Shown here in pieces: positions 26,191 to 37,989 of a DNA stretch of 64,000 nt. Every line of letters begins with the position of its first letter. Positions within the stretch are counted from its first letter, which is position 1. Source of the stretch: Macrostomum lignano (taxonomy: Eukaryota); the NCBI GenBank assembly GCA_002269645.1, contig NIVC01000625.1, positions 308,879 to 372,878 on the forward strand. Reading direction: 5' to 3'. The translations under genes were made by a program, and so were the position numbers. The notes beneath the pieces were generated by a model. That model saw only the letters and a program-made list of their open reading frames with translations. It had not been told where the DNA came from and did no database searches.

Positions 26191-26469
26191 TAAGCTTGGC
26201 TACATGTATAGGATTATTTCTATCCAGGGATGCTTGCTATTTAGGGATTCTTGCTATGTGCAGGATGCTTGCTATCTGGAAGGATGCTTCTACATTATTT
26301 GGGGTATGCTTGCTATCTGCAAGATGCTTGCTATCTGCAGATGCTTGCTATCTGCAGATGCTTGCTATCTGGGTGGATGCTTGCTAGGAGTATTAGGGGA
26401 TGCTTGCTACTGGGGGGATGCTTGCTGTCTTGGGAATATTTTCTATTTAGGGGTAATGACTAAAATTCA

Positions 26470-26530
26470 TGAGAGCTAGCCTAGAGGTAAACAGACTAAA
26501 CTGCTAAATGCAGGGACGATGGTTTGAATT
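26470..26530 (+). mobile_element. tRNA-derived (SINE-head-like) degenerate sequence, copy 2
   Basis: TGAGAGCTAGCCTAGAGGTAAACAGACTAAACTGCTAAATGCAGGGACGATGGTTTGAATT aligns with copy 1. Confidence 0.45.
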
Positions 26531-26591
26531 TTTAGAGAGTAGAGTTTTTTTAATTAAAGCTTTTTAACGCCAAGACAAAAAAAAATTATGG

Positions 26592-27860
26592 AAGCGTCAT
26601 GTAAACAATCATACAAGCGTCATGTAAACAATCATAGAAGCGTCATGTAAAAATCATAGAAGCGTCATGTAAACAATCATAGAAGCGTCATGTAAAAATC
26701 ATACAAGCGTCATGTAAACAATCATAGAAGCGTCATGTAAACAATCATAGAAGCGTCATGTAAACAATCATAGAAGCGTCATGTAAAAATCATAAAAGCG
26801 TCATGTAAACAATCATAGAAGCGTCATGTAAACAATCATAGAAGCGTCATGTAAAAAATCATAGAAGCGTCATGTAAACAATCATAGAAGCGTCATGTTA
26901 AAATCATAAAAGCGTCATGTAAACAATCATACAAGCGTCATGTAAACAATCATAGAAGCGTCATGTAAAAAAATCATAGAAGCGTCATGTTAAAATCATA
27001 AAAGCGTCATAAAAAAATCATAGAAGCGTCATGCAAACAATCATAGAAGCGTCATGTTAAAATCATACAAGCGTCATGTAAACAATCATACAAGCGTCAT
27101 GTAAACAATCATAGAAGCGTCATGTAAACAATCATACAAGCGTCATGTAAAAATCATAGAAGCGTCATGTAAACAATCATAAAAGCGTCATGTAAACAAT
27201 TATAGAAGCGTCATGTAAACAATCATAGAAGCGTCATGTAAACAATCATAGAAGCGTCATGTAAAAAATCATAGAAGCATCATGTAAAAATCATAGAAGC
27301 GTCATGTAAAAATCATAGAAGCGTCATGTAAACAATCATAGAAGCGTCATGTTAAAATCATAGAAGCGTCATGTAAACAATCATACAAGCGTCATGTAAA
27401 CAATCATAGAAGCGTCATGTAAAAAATCATAGAAGCGTCATGTTAAAATCATAAAAGCGTCTTAAAAATCATAGAAGCGTCATGTAAACAATCATAGAAG
27501 CGTCATGTAAACAATCATAGAAGCGTCATGTAAAAAATCATAGAAGCGTCATGTAAAAATCATAGAAGCGTCATGTAAACAATCATAAAAGCGTCATGTA
27601 AAAATCATAGAAGCGTCATGAAAAAATCATAGAAGCGTCATGAAAAAATCATAGAAGCGTCATGTAAAAATCATAGAAGCGTCATGTAAAAAATCATAGA
27701 AGCGTCATGTAAACAATCATACAAGCGTCATGTAAACAATCATAGAAGCGTCATGTAAACAATCATAAAAGCGTCATGTAAACAATCATAAAAGCGTCAT
27801 GTAAACAAGCATAGAAGCGTCATGTTAACATAGAAGCGTCATGAAAAAATCATAGAAGCC
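26592..27860. repeat. 22/23-bp minisatellite
   Basis: AGAAGCGTCATGTAAACAATCAT. Confidence 0.95.
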
Positions 27861-28808
27861 TCATATAAAAACTAATGAAAGTGTGTCATTTAAAAAATTA
27901 AGAAGCATCATGGAAGAATAAAAGAAGCGTAACGTAAAAATCAAAAGAAGCGTCATGTCAGACATGAAACAAGTGTCATAAAAATTATATGAAGCTATAG
28001 TGCTGTGCTGGGGAGAATCACTGAGACGTCAAGGCTCACAGAGAATAACTGAGATTACAGGGGGGTTTCTGAGATGTTAAAGCAAAAGTCAGAAGCTACT
28101 TCAAAGTACATGTACTTTACTTAAGTTTTTTATTGCATTCTTTGTTGGCTTGCCACGTTGGGGGGGGGCGCTGATAGAAGAAGAGTCATGTAAAAATAAA
28201 AGGAGCACTATGTATACATAAAATAAAAGTCATGTCAAAGTTAAAAGATTCATTTAGGAATTGCTACGATGTCAAAGCTTGGAGGGAATCGTTATAGTGC
28301 TGTGATTCTTAAAGAAGGAATCACTTAAATGCCAAGGCTTAGGGAAGAAGAATTGCTGTGATTTCAAGGCTTTAGGTTGGGTAAAAGTTAGGTTTACGTC
28401 AGGTTTGGGTTGAGGGTTAGATTTTAGCGCGTTTCAAGGTTAACAGGGGATTTCTTAGATTTCAAGGTTTATGGGGGGCATCGCTGACATGTCAAGGCTT
28501 ACGAGGGGAATCTATCTATCTATCTATCTATAGCTGAGATGTCAAGGCTCACGGGGGAATAAATGAGATGTCAAGGCTAATGTCAGAAGCTACATGTAGT
28601 TTATTGGAAAAAAGTTATTACATTATTTGTTGGCTCCTCACGGGAGGGATCGCTGATAGAAAAAGCGTAATGTAAAAAAAAAGAAGCTTCATGTCGAAGT
28701 TAAGAGATTCATTTGGGAATCCCTACGATGTCGAGGCTTGCAGGGAATCGCTTTAATGCTGTAGTAGTGCTATAGACTCTTAGAGAGAATTACTGAAATT
28801 TCAATGCT

Positions 28809-28860
28809 TTAGGGTTAGGGTTAGGGTTAGGGTTAGGGTTAGGGTTAGGGTTAGGGTTAG
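28809..28860 (+). repeat. Interstitial telomeric repeat (TTAGGG)8 plus TTAG
   Basis: Directly readable perfect array. Confidence 0.95.
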
Positions 28861-29499
28861 AAAGTAGACAGATTTTTTAAGATTTCAAGGCTTATGGGAG
28901 CATCGCTGAGATGTCAAGGGGGGAGTTGATATGTTAAGGCTTGTGGGGGGGGATTGCTGACATGTCAAGGCTTACACGGGTACTGGTAGCGTACTGAAGC
29001 ATACTGGTAGAAGTAGCTCTGAAAGAAGGCAAGTATGGTTGAATTTCAATGTCTGTTATAAAATTCTGCACAAACATGTTTTATTGGTACATAAGCCTGG
29101 AATTAAAATGAGAATTCGATTCCTAGCCCCCCTCCCTAAGAATTTTTTTTCATTTTAAAGGATTCGTCCCTTGCTTATTGGCCACCCCGAAGGGGGGCGC
29201 TAGATTGCTAGTTATCTCTGAAAAAACGCGTGCTTGTGTGCGTCGGGCGCATTACGAATACGGTGAAATGGAAAATATTTCAAACTCTCTACTAGCAGTA
29301 GAGATGAAGTGAATTCTCCTAAAGTAAAAACAGCGAATTACATGTAGTTGCTTTATTAGAATTACATTTACTGCGCAGAAAGGTACATGTAGTACTTATT
29401 TTGTAAAGGGCAGGGATGTACTCTGCGGTACAAGTTTGGATTGAAAATATAATACTGAAATATATTAAATATTCCATTCTAGAATTGGCGTTAAGCATT

Positions 29500-29985
29500 G
29501 GGTGTGGATTGGATCATTGGAGTGAATTAGTGTGGGTTTGCAGTGGACTGGTGGATTTGGGCTTTGGGGTGGATAGGATGGATTTGGGGTGGATTGGGGT
29601 GGATTGGATTGGATGGATTGGGGTGGATTTGGGATGGATTGGTGGATTAAGGTGGATTTGGGGTGGAAATGGGTTGGATTTGGTGCAATAGGGTGGATTT
29701 GTTGGATTGGGGCGGATTTGGGGTGGACTGGTGGATTGGGTGGAGTTGGTGGATTGGGTAGATATAGTGAATTTGGTGAATTTGGTGAATTTGGTGAATT
29801 GGGTGGATTTGGGTGGATTGGGGTGGATTGGGGTGGAGTTGGGTGGATTGGGGTGGATTGGAATGGATTGGGGTGGAGTTGGGTGGATTGGGGTGGATTG
29901 GAGTGGATTGGGGTGGATTGGAGTGGATTGGGGTGGAGTTGGGTGGAGTTGGGTGGATTGGGGTGGATTGGAGTGGATTGGATCG
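29500..29985. repeat. GGATT/GGGGT/GGAGT pentamer low-complexity repeat
   Basis: Directly readable. Confidence 0.88.
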
Positions 29986-30056
29986 GAGCGTCAAGGCTGA
30001 AAAATGATCCAGCAAAACTCCAAACTCTGAATTCAGTAAAACGGCCTCCCAGCCAA

Positions 30057-30853
30057 TCAGAGCACGCTGGCCTCCGGTGAGTACAGCACGAGCTCCGGGT
30101 TCCTCGGGCTGAAGCTCACGTACTTGGCGGCCGCCCGGCCCCGCCTCTCCTTGAAGTCACCGCCGCTGAGCCGGGGCGGCGGGCGCCTCAGCGGATTCCT
30201 GGGCGCGAACTGCAGATACTTGGTGGGCACCACGCCCGGCCGGAAGTACTCGTCCGCCTGCGGCTCGAGCTCCGAGCTCACCGAGCAGTCGGGCGGCAGG
30301 CTCGGCCGCTCCGGCGGCTCCCCCAGCGCTAGGATGGAGCTCTCCAGCCTCCGCAAGTTGGCGTCCAGCTGGTGCTCCGCTTCGCTCCGCCGCAGCTCCG
30401 GCGGGGTGGTTGGGCGGTGGCGAAGGCGGCGGTGGTCGGCCAGCTCAGCCAGCTCGTCTGGCGAAGCATCGTAGTGGAAGCTGGAGGGCGGCCCGGCCAG
30501 CCGGTCCTGCTCGGGCAGTGGCACGACGCCCCTGGCGGCCCGGTGGCGCCGTAGCTTGTTGGCGAAGTTCACCCCAGCGCAGCAGCTGCAGCCAGGCTGC
30601 TGGGCCGGCTGCATCAGGCGGCGGTTGAGCACCGAATCAGCCAGGCTGCTGGCCGTCAGGTAGTGCGCCATCACCGAGTTCAGCTGGCCGCCTCTGCCGC
30701 CGCCCGGGTTGGCTTCGGCCACGGCCCGGCGGTGCATGGCGTCCCGGATGCGGTGGTCCGGCGGGCTGCGGATCCGACGGCGCACCGCGGCCAGAATGTC
30801 ATCCGAGTCGAAGCGGCCAAAGCTGGCCGGCCTGTCGCCTGTCGCATCTGCCG

Positions 30854-30889
<36 letters not shown>

Positions 30890-31022
30890 ACGGGCGGGTG
30901 TGCCACTGATAGCGGATCGGGTCCTTGTCCGCGTTCGGCGTCTCCGCTCGGTCATGCAGGCTGCGCATCAGCCGCGGCAGCGTCAGGACGTCCGCGCCGC
31001 CGCCTCGCTGAGAATAGGTCAT
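30057..31022 (-). CDS. Uncharacterised protein (main exon about 320 aa; 5' end uncertain)
   Basis: GC-rich non-repetitive ORF segment MTYSQRGGG...KYVSFSPRNPELVLYSPEASVL*. The upstream EATEAE/RRNNRS part of the track ORF is a minisatellite lying between a donor (GTAAGC, 31474) and an acceptor (TTCTCAG, 31008), so it is probably intron. A phase-compatible 68-nt exon 31475-31542 may precede it. Confidence 0.5.
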
Positions 31023-31029
31023 GTTTTTT

Positions 31030-31425
31030 ATGCTGCTTCTGCTGTTTTTTCTGCTTCTGTTGTTTCTTCTGCTTCTGTTGTTTCTTCTGCTTCTGTTGTT
31101 TCTTCTGCTTCTGTTGTTTCTTCTGCTTGTTGTTTCTTCTGCTTCTGCTGCTTCTTCTGCTTCTGCTGTTTCTTCTGCTTCTGCTGTTTCTTGTGATTCT
31201 GTTGTTTCTTCTGCTTCTGTTGTTTCTTCTGCTTCTGTTGTTTCTTGTGCTTCTGTTGCTTCTGCTTCTGCTGCTTCTGCTGTTTCTTCTGCTTCTGTTG
31301 CTTCTTCTGCTTCTGTTGTTTCTTCTGCTTCTGTTGCTTCGTCTGCTTCTGTCGCTTCTTCTGCTTCTGTTGCTTCTTCTATTTCTGTTGCTTCTTCTGC
31401 TTCTGTTGCCTCTTCTACTGCTCGT
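31030..31425. repeat. 18-bp minisatellite (GCTTCTGTTGTTTCTTCT)
   Basis: Directly readable; probably intronic. Confidence 0.88.
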
Positions 31426-31744
31426 TCTGCTTCTACTTCGCCTACCGCCTTCACTTTCTCTGAGTCTAGCTTACTGTCCGAAAGAGAGAGCCGGGGGGCA
31501 GATGGTCACCATGGACAACCTGAGGCTTATTTAGTCGCAGGTCTGTGCGAAGGCGAGTGGAGGGAGCGGAGAGGCGGGGCGGGCGGCAGAGTTATGAAAT
31601 TCTTCTGCGTGCATAATTGTGCCCCTGCAGCTCTCATCTTTTCCTTCTTTCTCTTTTTTCTACCCCCCTTCAACGCTGCAGCTTTCTCGCCGCTCTCTCT
31701 GCCTCTGATGGCCGCAAAACTGGGGTCTGTCAGGCGGGGTCGCT

Positions 31745-32460
31745 TCACAAACAGGAGAGTTCACAAACAGGAGAGTTCACAAACAGGAGAGTTCACAAAC
31801 AGGAGAGTTCACAAACAGGAGAGTTCACAAACAGGAGAGTTCACAAACAGGAGAGTTCACAATCTGGAGAGTTCACAAACTGGAGAGTTCACAAACTGGA
31901 GAGTTCACAAACTGGAGAGTTCACAAACTGGAGAGTTCACAAACAGGAGAGTTCACAAACTGGAGAGTTCACAAACTGGAGAGTTCACAAACAGGAGAGT
32001 TCACAAACTGGAGAGTTCACAAACAGGAGAGTTCACAAACTGGAGAGTTCACAATCTGGAGAGTTCACAAACTGGAGAGTTCACAATCTGGAGAGTTCAC
32101 AAACTGGAGAGTTCACAAACTGGAGAGCTCACAAACTGGAGAGTTCACAAACTGGAGAGTTCACAAACTGGAGAGTTCACAAACTGGAGAGTTCACAAAC
32201 TGGAGAGTTCACAAACAGGAGAGTTCACAAACTGGAGAGTTCACAAACAGGAGAGTTCACAAACTGGAGAGTTCACAAACTGGAGAGTTCACAAACAGGA
32301 GAGTTCACAAACTGGAGAGTTCACAAACAGGAGAGTTCACAAACTGGAGAGTTCACAAACAGGAGAGTTCACAAACTGGAGAGTTCACAAACTGGAGAGT
32401 TCACAAACAGGAGAGTTCACAAACTGGAGAGTTCACAAACTGGAGAGCTCACAAACTGGA
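31745..32460. repeat. 16-bp minisatellite
   Basis: GGAGAGTTCACAAAC(A/T). Confidence 0.95.
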
Positions 32461-33094
32461 CACTTCAAAAGCTAGAAACCTCAAGACACGAGAAACTAGT
32501 TTAGCCAGCGAGCTGTAAAAACCGCATATTTTCCGTTTTCTACCAGGCTGTCATGTCAGGAAGCGGCCTGGCTCGGGGAGGTCTGCGTCAGTGAGTGCAG
32601 GGACAGGCCACGCCATTGTGCTCCGCCTGCGGACTCGCCTCCCCAGCAGCCCCCGCCTCCGCAGTCCCGGGACGGCAGCGATCGATTCGACAAATAACAG
32701 GCGGCTGCAGTGAGGGGGGCTCCATCTCCACCCGGCATTGCTGCATCCCTCCCAGTGTTCCCCACGCAGCCAGCATCCCCAGCCGCATGTGCCTCATCCT
32801 GTTTTCTCTCTGTTGCGTCTGCGCCTGCAGAAAGGAGGAGAGCAGAGGAGGCCGGAGCGCAGCAGCCGGGGCGAAACAAAGGTCTGGAACTGACTTCCGC
32901 CATGCTATTGTCCTGGCTCACCGCGCCTGACAACTGTCTCTTCTGCACCCCAAGCCTCCAATAGCCGACAGCCCCCCCCCCCCTAGCAACTCAGCCCGGC
33001 CCTGAAGAGGCTTCGCTTTTCTTCCCGCCCAAAAACCCCATCTGCCCCTAGGAGCGGCGGAGCAGCCAAGAGCTTCAGTCTTGAGTCTTGAAAC

Positions 33095-33390
33095 ATGTCC
33101 CAGCTGCTGCCTGCCGCGATACTCTTCGCCATCGCGGCGCTGGCTTCCCGGCCAGCCGTGATGGACGCCGCCACCACGACGACACCGGGAGTGACGGCCA
33201 CCGCTTCGCCGACGACCACGTCGCTGCCCGGAACTCGCATTCGCTGCTACGTCTGCGACCCCTGCGACCTGAGCGGCAGCGTCACCGCGGCCAACGCCAT
33301 GAATGACACCGTCTGCGAGCAGTGCGGGTGAGCGGATATGTAGCTAGATAGATTAGATAGATAGATAGATATACAGACAGACAGATACTA

Positions 33391-33435
<45 letters not shown>

Positions 33436-33450
33436 CTAAGACAGATACTA

Positions 33451-33487
<37 letters not shown>

Positions 33488-33502
33488 CTAAGACAGATAC
33501 TA

Positions 33503-33583
<81 letters not shown>

Positions 33584-33598
33584 CTAAGACAGATACTA

Positions 33599-33644
<46 letters not shown>

Positions 33645-33646
33645 AA

Positions 33647-33699
<53 letters not shown>

Positions 33700-33714
33700 C
33701 TAAGACAGATACTA

Positions 33715-33767
<53 letters not shown>

Positions 33768-33802
33768 CACAGAGAGACAGACAGACAGACAGACAGACAC
33801 AC

Positions 33803-33839
<37 letters not shown>

Positions 33840-33970
33840 TACAGACAGACAGACAGACAGACACTAAGACAGACAGACAGACAGACACTAAGACAGACAG
33901 ACAGACAGACAGACAGACACTAAGACAGACAGACAGACAGACACTAAGACAGACAGACAGACAGACACTA

Positions 33971-34011
<41 letters not shown>

Positions 34012-36061
34012 TACATAGAGATACAGAAAGTCTGCAGCCCTATGCATGCAGACCCTGTCAGCAGAGCCGGTGCCATACCAAAGCCATTTTTGTTTGTCCA
34101 GCGGCCAGAAATGTTCTGGCTCGGCTATTTGCTGTTCTGCTTAGAGAAGAAGTCTGGGGCGGCGGGGCCAGCGTTGCGGGTTTCCAGGGGGGGGGGTGGG
34201 CGCAGAGGGTTGTGTTGCAGCCATCACTGTTGCCGTGCAAGCCCAGAGTACTGACGGGAGAGCAAGATGGAAAAGACAGGCAGAGAAAGCGAGCTACATC
34301 TGTAGTGGGCGAGTCGGCCTGTAAGAATTCTGGTTTAAAGTGGAAATGGCAGGGAAAGCGGGGAAGTGGCTGCTTGTTGGGACAGCGGAGGCTGGGCGGC
34401 AAGGAGGCCTGGCTGCAGAAGTTGCAATATGAAGAGCAGCAGGCAGATATAATAGACAGAAGAGAATTGCAGAGGGAAACAGGAAAAGAGCAAAAGCAGC
34501 AATTCAAAGAGGCTGAGCAGAGAGGCGAATCTGCATGAGGATTAGCAGTGCTCAGATGGGGAGCAGAGTGCAAACAGGGCAGGGCATGCTATGCCAGCCG
34601 AGTAAAAGAGAGCTGGGAGTTACTGGGAGGCTGGAATCTCTGCCGGATATTGCATGGCAACCAATTCGAAAACAAAAGACAGAGAGCAGGGGGCAAAGCA
34701 TTTTTGTTGCTAGGCAGCTTTGCTTCTCAACCCTCGTCTGTGCGCCACGCCACGCTCTACAGTGAGCCAGTGCTGAAATCAGGAGCACTGCGAATTCAGC
34801 TTGGTCACGTGGACTTGCCGGCTGGCTGGCTGATGGGGGAGGGTTCAGTTTAATTATAGCTGATGCTCATGCTGTTATTTTATTGCATCCATAAAACACC
34901 GTGTGCGCCAGCAATTATAGTGCGAGTGGCATCAGTCTAATTAAAATGTACCAGATTTGTCAGACCAAATCTGTAATTAGCGCAAAACCAATTTTATTCA
35001 AACTACATTCGTTCAGATTGGTCAGACCAAATCTGTAATTAGCGCAAAACCAATTTTATTCAAACTACATTCGTTCAGATTGGTCAGACCAAATCTGTAA
35101 TTAACGCAAAACCAATTTTATTCAAACTACATTCGTTCAGATTGGTCAGACCAAATCTGTAATTAGCGTAAAACCAATTTTATTCAAACTACATTCGTTC
35201 AGATTGGTCAGACCAAATCTGTAATTAACGCAAAACCAATTTTATTCAAACTACATTCGTTCAGATTGGTCAGACCAAATCTGTAATTAACGTAAAACCA
35301 ATATTATTTAAACTACATTCGTTCAGATTGGTCAGACCAAATCTGTAATTAGCGTAAAACCAGTGGTGTACATAGGATTTTGAAAAGGGGGGATAACTTG
35401 TAGGGACAAAATGGTAGACTAATAAAATAGTTTTTTTGCAATTTTTTGCTCAATGTATGCATTTGGAAAGTACCAAAACTATGTTTATTTTTCTAAAAAA
35501 CTTTACTTTGTTAAAATAAAAAAGCCGGCAGGCGTCTGTCCTGTCTGCGGCATTTTAGGAACTAGGGATTCACGGAAATATCGTTTAAAACATTTTAATA
35601 TTAATTTACGGGTTAAATAGGCCAATTTTTGGCAATTTTGCTAAGTCTAAGCCGCTTTTTGCATTTTTTTCAAAAAACCTAATGCTCGTTTCCTATAAAT
35701 CATCAAAATGGGGGGATATATCCCCGTATCCCCCTTATTTACACCACTGCGTAAAACCTATTATATTCAAACTACATGTACATTCGTTCAGATTGGTCAG
35801 ACCAATGTAAAAATCGGCAAATTACGCAAAACTGCCCGCAGCAAGTCGATGGTCGGCTACCTGGGCACGGTGACCCGCATCAGCAGGCAGTGCTACCGCC
35901 GGGAGGACAGCAGCAATTCCCAGTGCGAGGCCTCTAGGAGCACCGACTCAATGCAGCTGTGCTGCTCCAGCGGCGACCTGTGCAACCCTGCTGGGCGAAC
36001 TCGGGCAACTCTGCTGCTGCCTGCAGTGCTGCTGCTGCAGCAGCTGGCCAGGTCTATTTAG
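33095..36061 (+). CDS. Ly6/uPAR (three-finger) GPI-anchored protein, 2 exons, about 150 aa
   Basis: Exons 33095-33327 and 35842-36061 (phase 2). Signal peptide, Thr-rich stalk, CYVCDPC...C..CGK...RQC...C...[10 protein letters not shown] and a hydrophobic C-terminal GPI-type signal. Confidence 0.85.
33345..34015. repeat. (GACA)n microsatellite, Ly6 intron
   Basis: Long GACA array with ACTAA interruptions, preceded by GATA units. Confidence 0.95.
34950..35360. repeat. 62-bp tandem repeat, Ly6 intron
   Basis: CAGACCAAATCTGTAATTAGCGCAAAACCAATTTTATTCAAACTACATTCGTTCAGATTGGT; resumes after the MITE at 35750-35810. Confidence 0.93.
35361..35749. mobile_element. hAT-type MITE (389 bp)
   Basis: Terminal inverted repeats CAGTGGTGTA...TACACCACTG and a perfect 8-bp target-site duplication CGTAAAAC (35353-35360 and 35750-35757); no coding capacity. 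Confidence 0.85.
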
Positions 36062-36472
36062 TATGGAGTGTCCGAGCAGACGAACAAAACGAGCACAATA
36101 CTCAAGTTGCCTTTTGCAGTTCAATTTATACGGTACAACTGATTACAACAGATTGCACCTCGTTTAGTTAAGAATCAATCCAAGCTAAATATGCCGGATG
36201 CAATAACAGCATGCTGTTAGAAACTCTTTTGCCTTAGTAAACAGCTTAGTTTTAATTCTCTTATCCTGATCGTCCTTTGCCAAATAAAACCTAACTGTAT
36301 TTGCTGTTCTCATTTCAATGTAATAAAATATACTAAAAATCAAACTATCAACATCTATAACTGATATATACAAGCGAGCGAAGACGCCAAGCGAAAAATC
36401 TGATCCGGTAAGACCCTCCTATATACTAAAAATTCTGGCATCCTCTATTGAACACACTTCAAGGCGTTGAGA

Positions 36473-36851
36473 TAAAAATAGAAATCATAAGACAGTTGTC
36501 TAGTTAATGTACGCTTGGCTAAAAATAGAAACCCGATAAGGCTGTCTAGTTAATGTACGCTTGGCTAAAAATAGAAACCCGATAAGACTGTCTAGTTAAT
36601 GTACGCTGGGCTAAAAATAGAAACCCGATAAGGCTGTCTAGTTGATGTACGCTTGGCTAAAAATAGAAACCCGATAAGGCTGTCTAGTTGATGTACGCTT
36701 GGCTAAAAATAGAAACCCGATAAGGCTGTCTAGTTGATGTACGCTTGGCTAAAAATAGAAACCCGATAAGACTGTCTAGTTAATGTACGCTGGGCTAAAA
36801 ATAGAAACCCGATAAGGCTGTCTAGATGATGTACGCTGGGCTAAAAATAGA
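36473..36851. repeat. 46-bp tandem repeat
   Basis: TAAAAATAGAAACCCGATAAGGCTGTCTAGTTGATGTACGCTTGGC. Confidence 0.92.
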
Positions 36852-37605
36852 ATCCTGATTGATAAGACTCACAAAGCCCAGAGCAGAAATAAATCCAAGC
36901 CTGTACTTTAAACATTGTGTTTAATAAATGACTCTCATTACAGTAAGTAAAGCTTGATAGCTTTTATTTTAAAGCAACGATCGCAAATAAGAATGCTAAT
37001 AGGAAATCTAATACCATAGCTGAAATATTTTTACTCAAATAAAATCCGCACACAACACAATACGCATTGCACATCATTTTGCGTAGCTTATTGTATACAT
37101 GCACATATTTCAAAGAGAGAACGGAAAGTTTCAGAAAAATTGATTCGCTAATTCGCACTACTTGCTTCTGTTAAGATATTGAGTAGCAAAGGACGCCCAG
37201 GGAAAATACTTGATAATTAATAAACCGATTGATTTCATCGGCACGGCTAGAAAGAACACAAAAACTACCGAATTAAATTTGAAAACCACTTCTCTGCTTT
37301 ACAGCAGATTGTGAAAGCAAGCTCGGCTTTAGACTGGGACTGCAGATTTCTAATACTACTACGAGTAGGCAGCAGAGGGACAGCAAACTGTCAGTCAGGG
37401 CCGCAATGCCAAAACACAACAGGCGGAATTGAATAAAGAGAATTTGCATTTTTTTGAAGTGGAGAAGATGAAGTAAATCGAACAGAGTATGAAATAAGCA
37501 GGACATCCAATGGCTAACCAAAGTCAATATTAACTGCATGAGCTACTCATAACTATAAAAATAGATATGGAAATGAGACATACAGCACCCGAAAATCCGA
37601 ATCTT

Positions 37606-37967
37606 CCCACATATCAAGACCTCAGATCCATGAAATCCTACATATCAAGACCTCAGATCCATGAAATCCCACATATCAAGACCTCAGATCCATGAAATCC
37701 CACATATCAAGACCTCAGATCCATGAAATCCCACATATCAAGACCTCAGATCCATGAAATCCCACATATCAAGACCTCAGATCCATGAAATCCCACATAT
37801 CAAAACCTCAGATCCGTGAAATCTCACATCTCAAGACCTCAGATCCATGAAATTCCACATCACAAAGACCTCAGATCCATGAAATCCCACATCACAAAGA
37901 CCTCAGATCCATGAAATCCCACATCACAAAGACCTCAGATCCATGAAATCCCACATCACAAAGATCC
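37606..37967. repeat. 31-bp tandem repeat 3' of ABCD
   Basis: ATGAAATCCCACATATCAAGACCTCAGATCC. Confidence 0.92.
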
Positions 37968-37989
37968 GATCCGCAAGTCTCCCAGTTCC

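Noticed and set aside
31023-31454. Glu/Ala-rich N-terminal half of track ORF 30057..31454
   Set aside because: It is an 18-bp repeat that slips frame mid-array (EETTEA to RRNNRS) and is bracketed by good donor and acceptor sites, so it is probably intronic.
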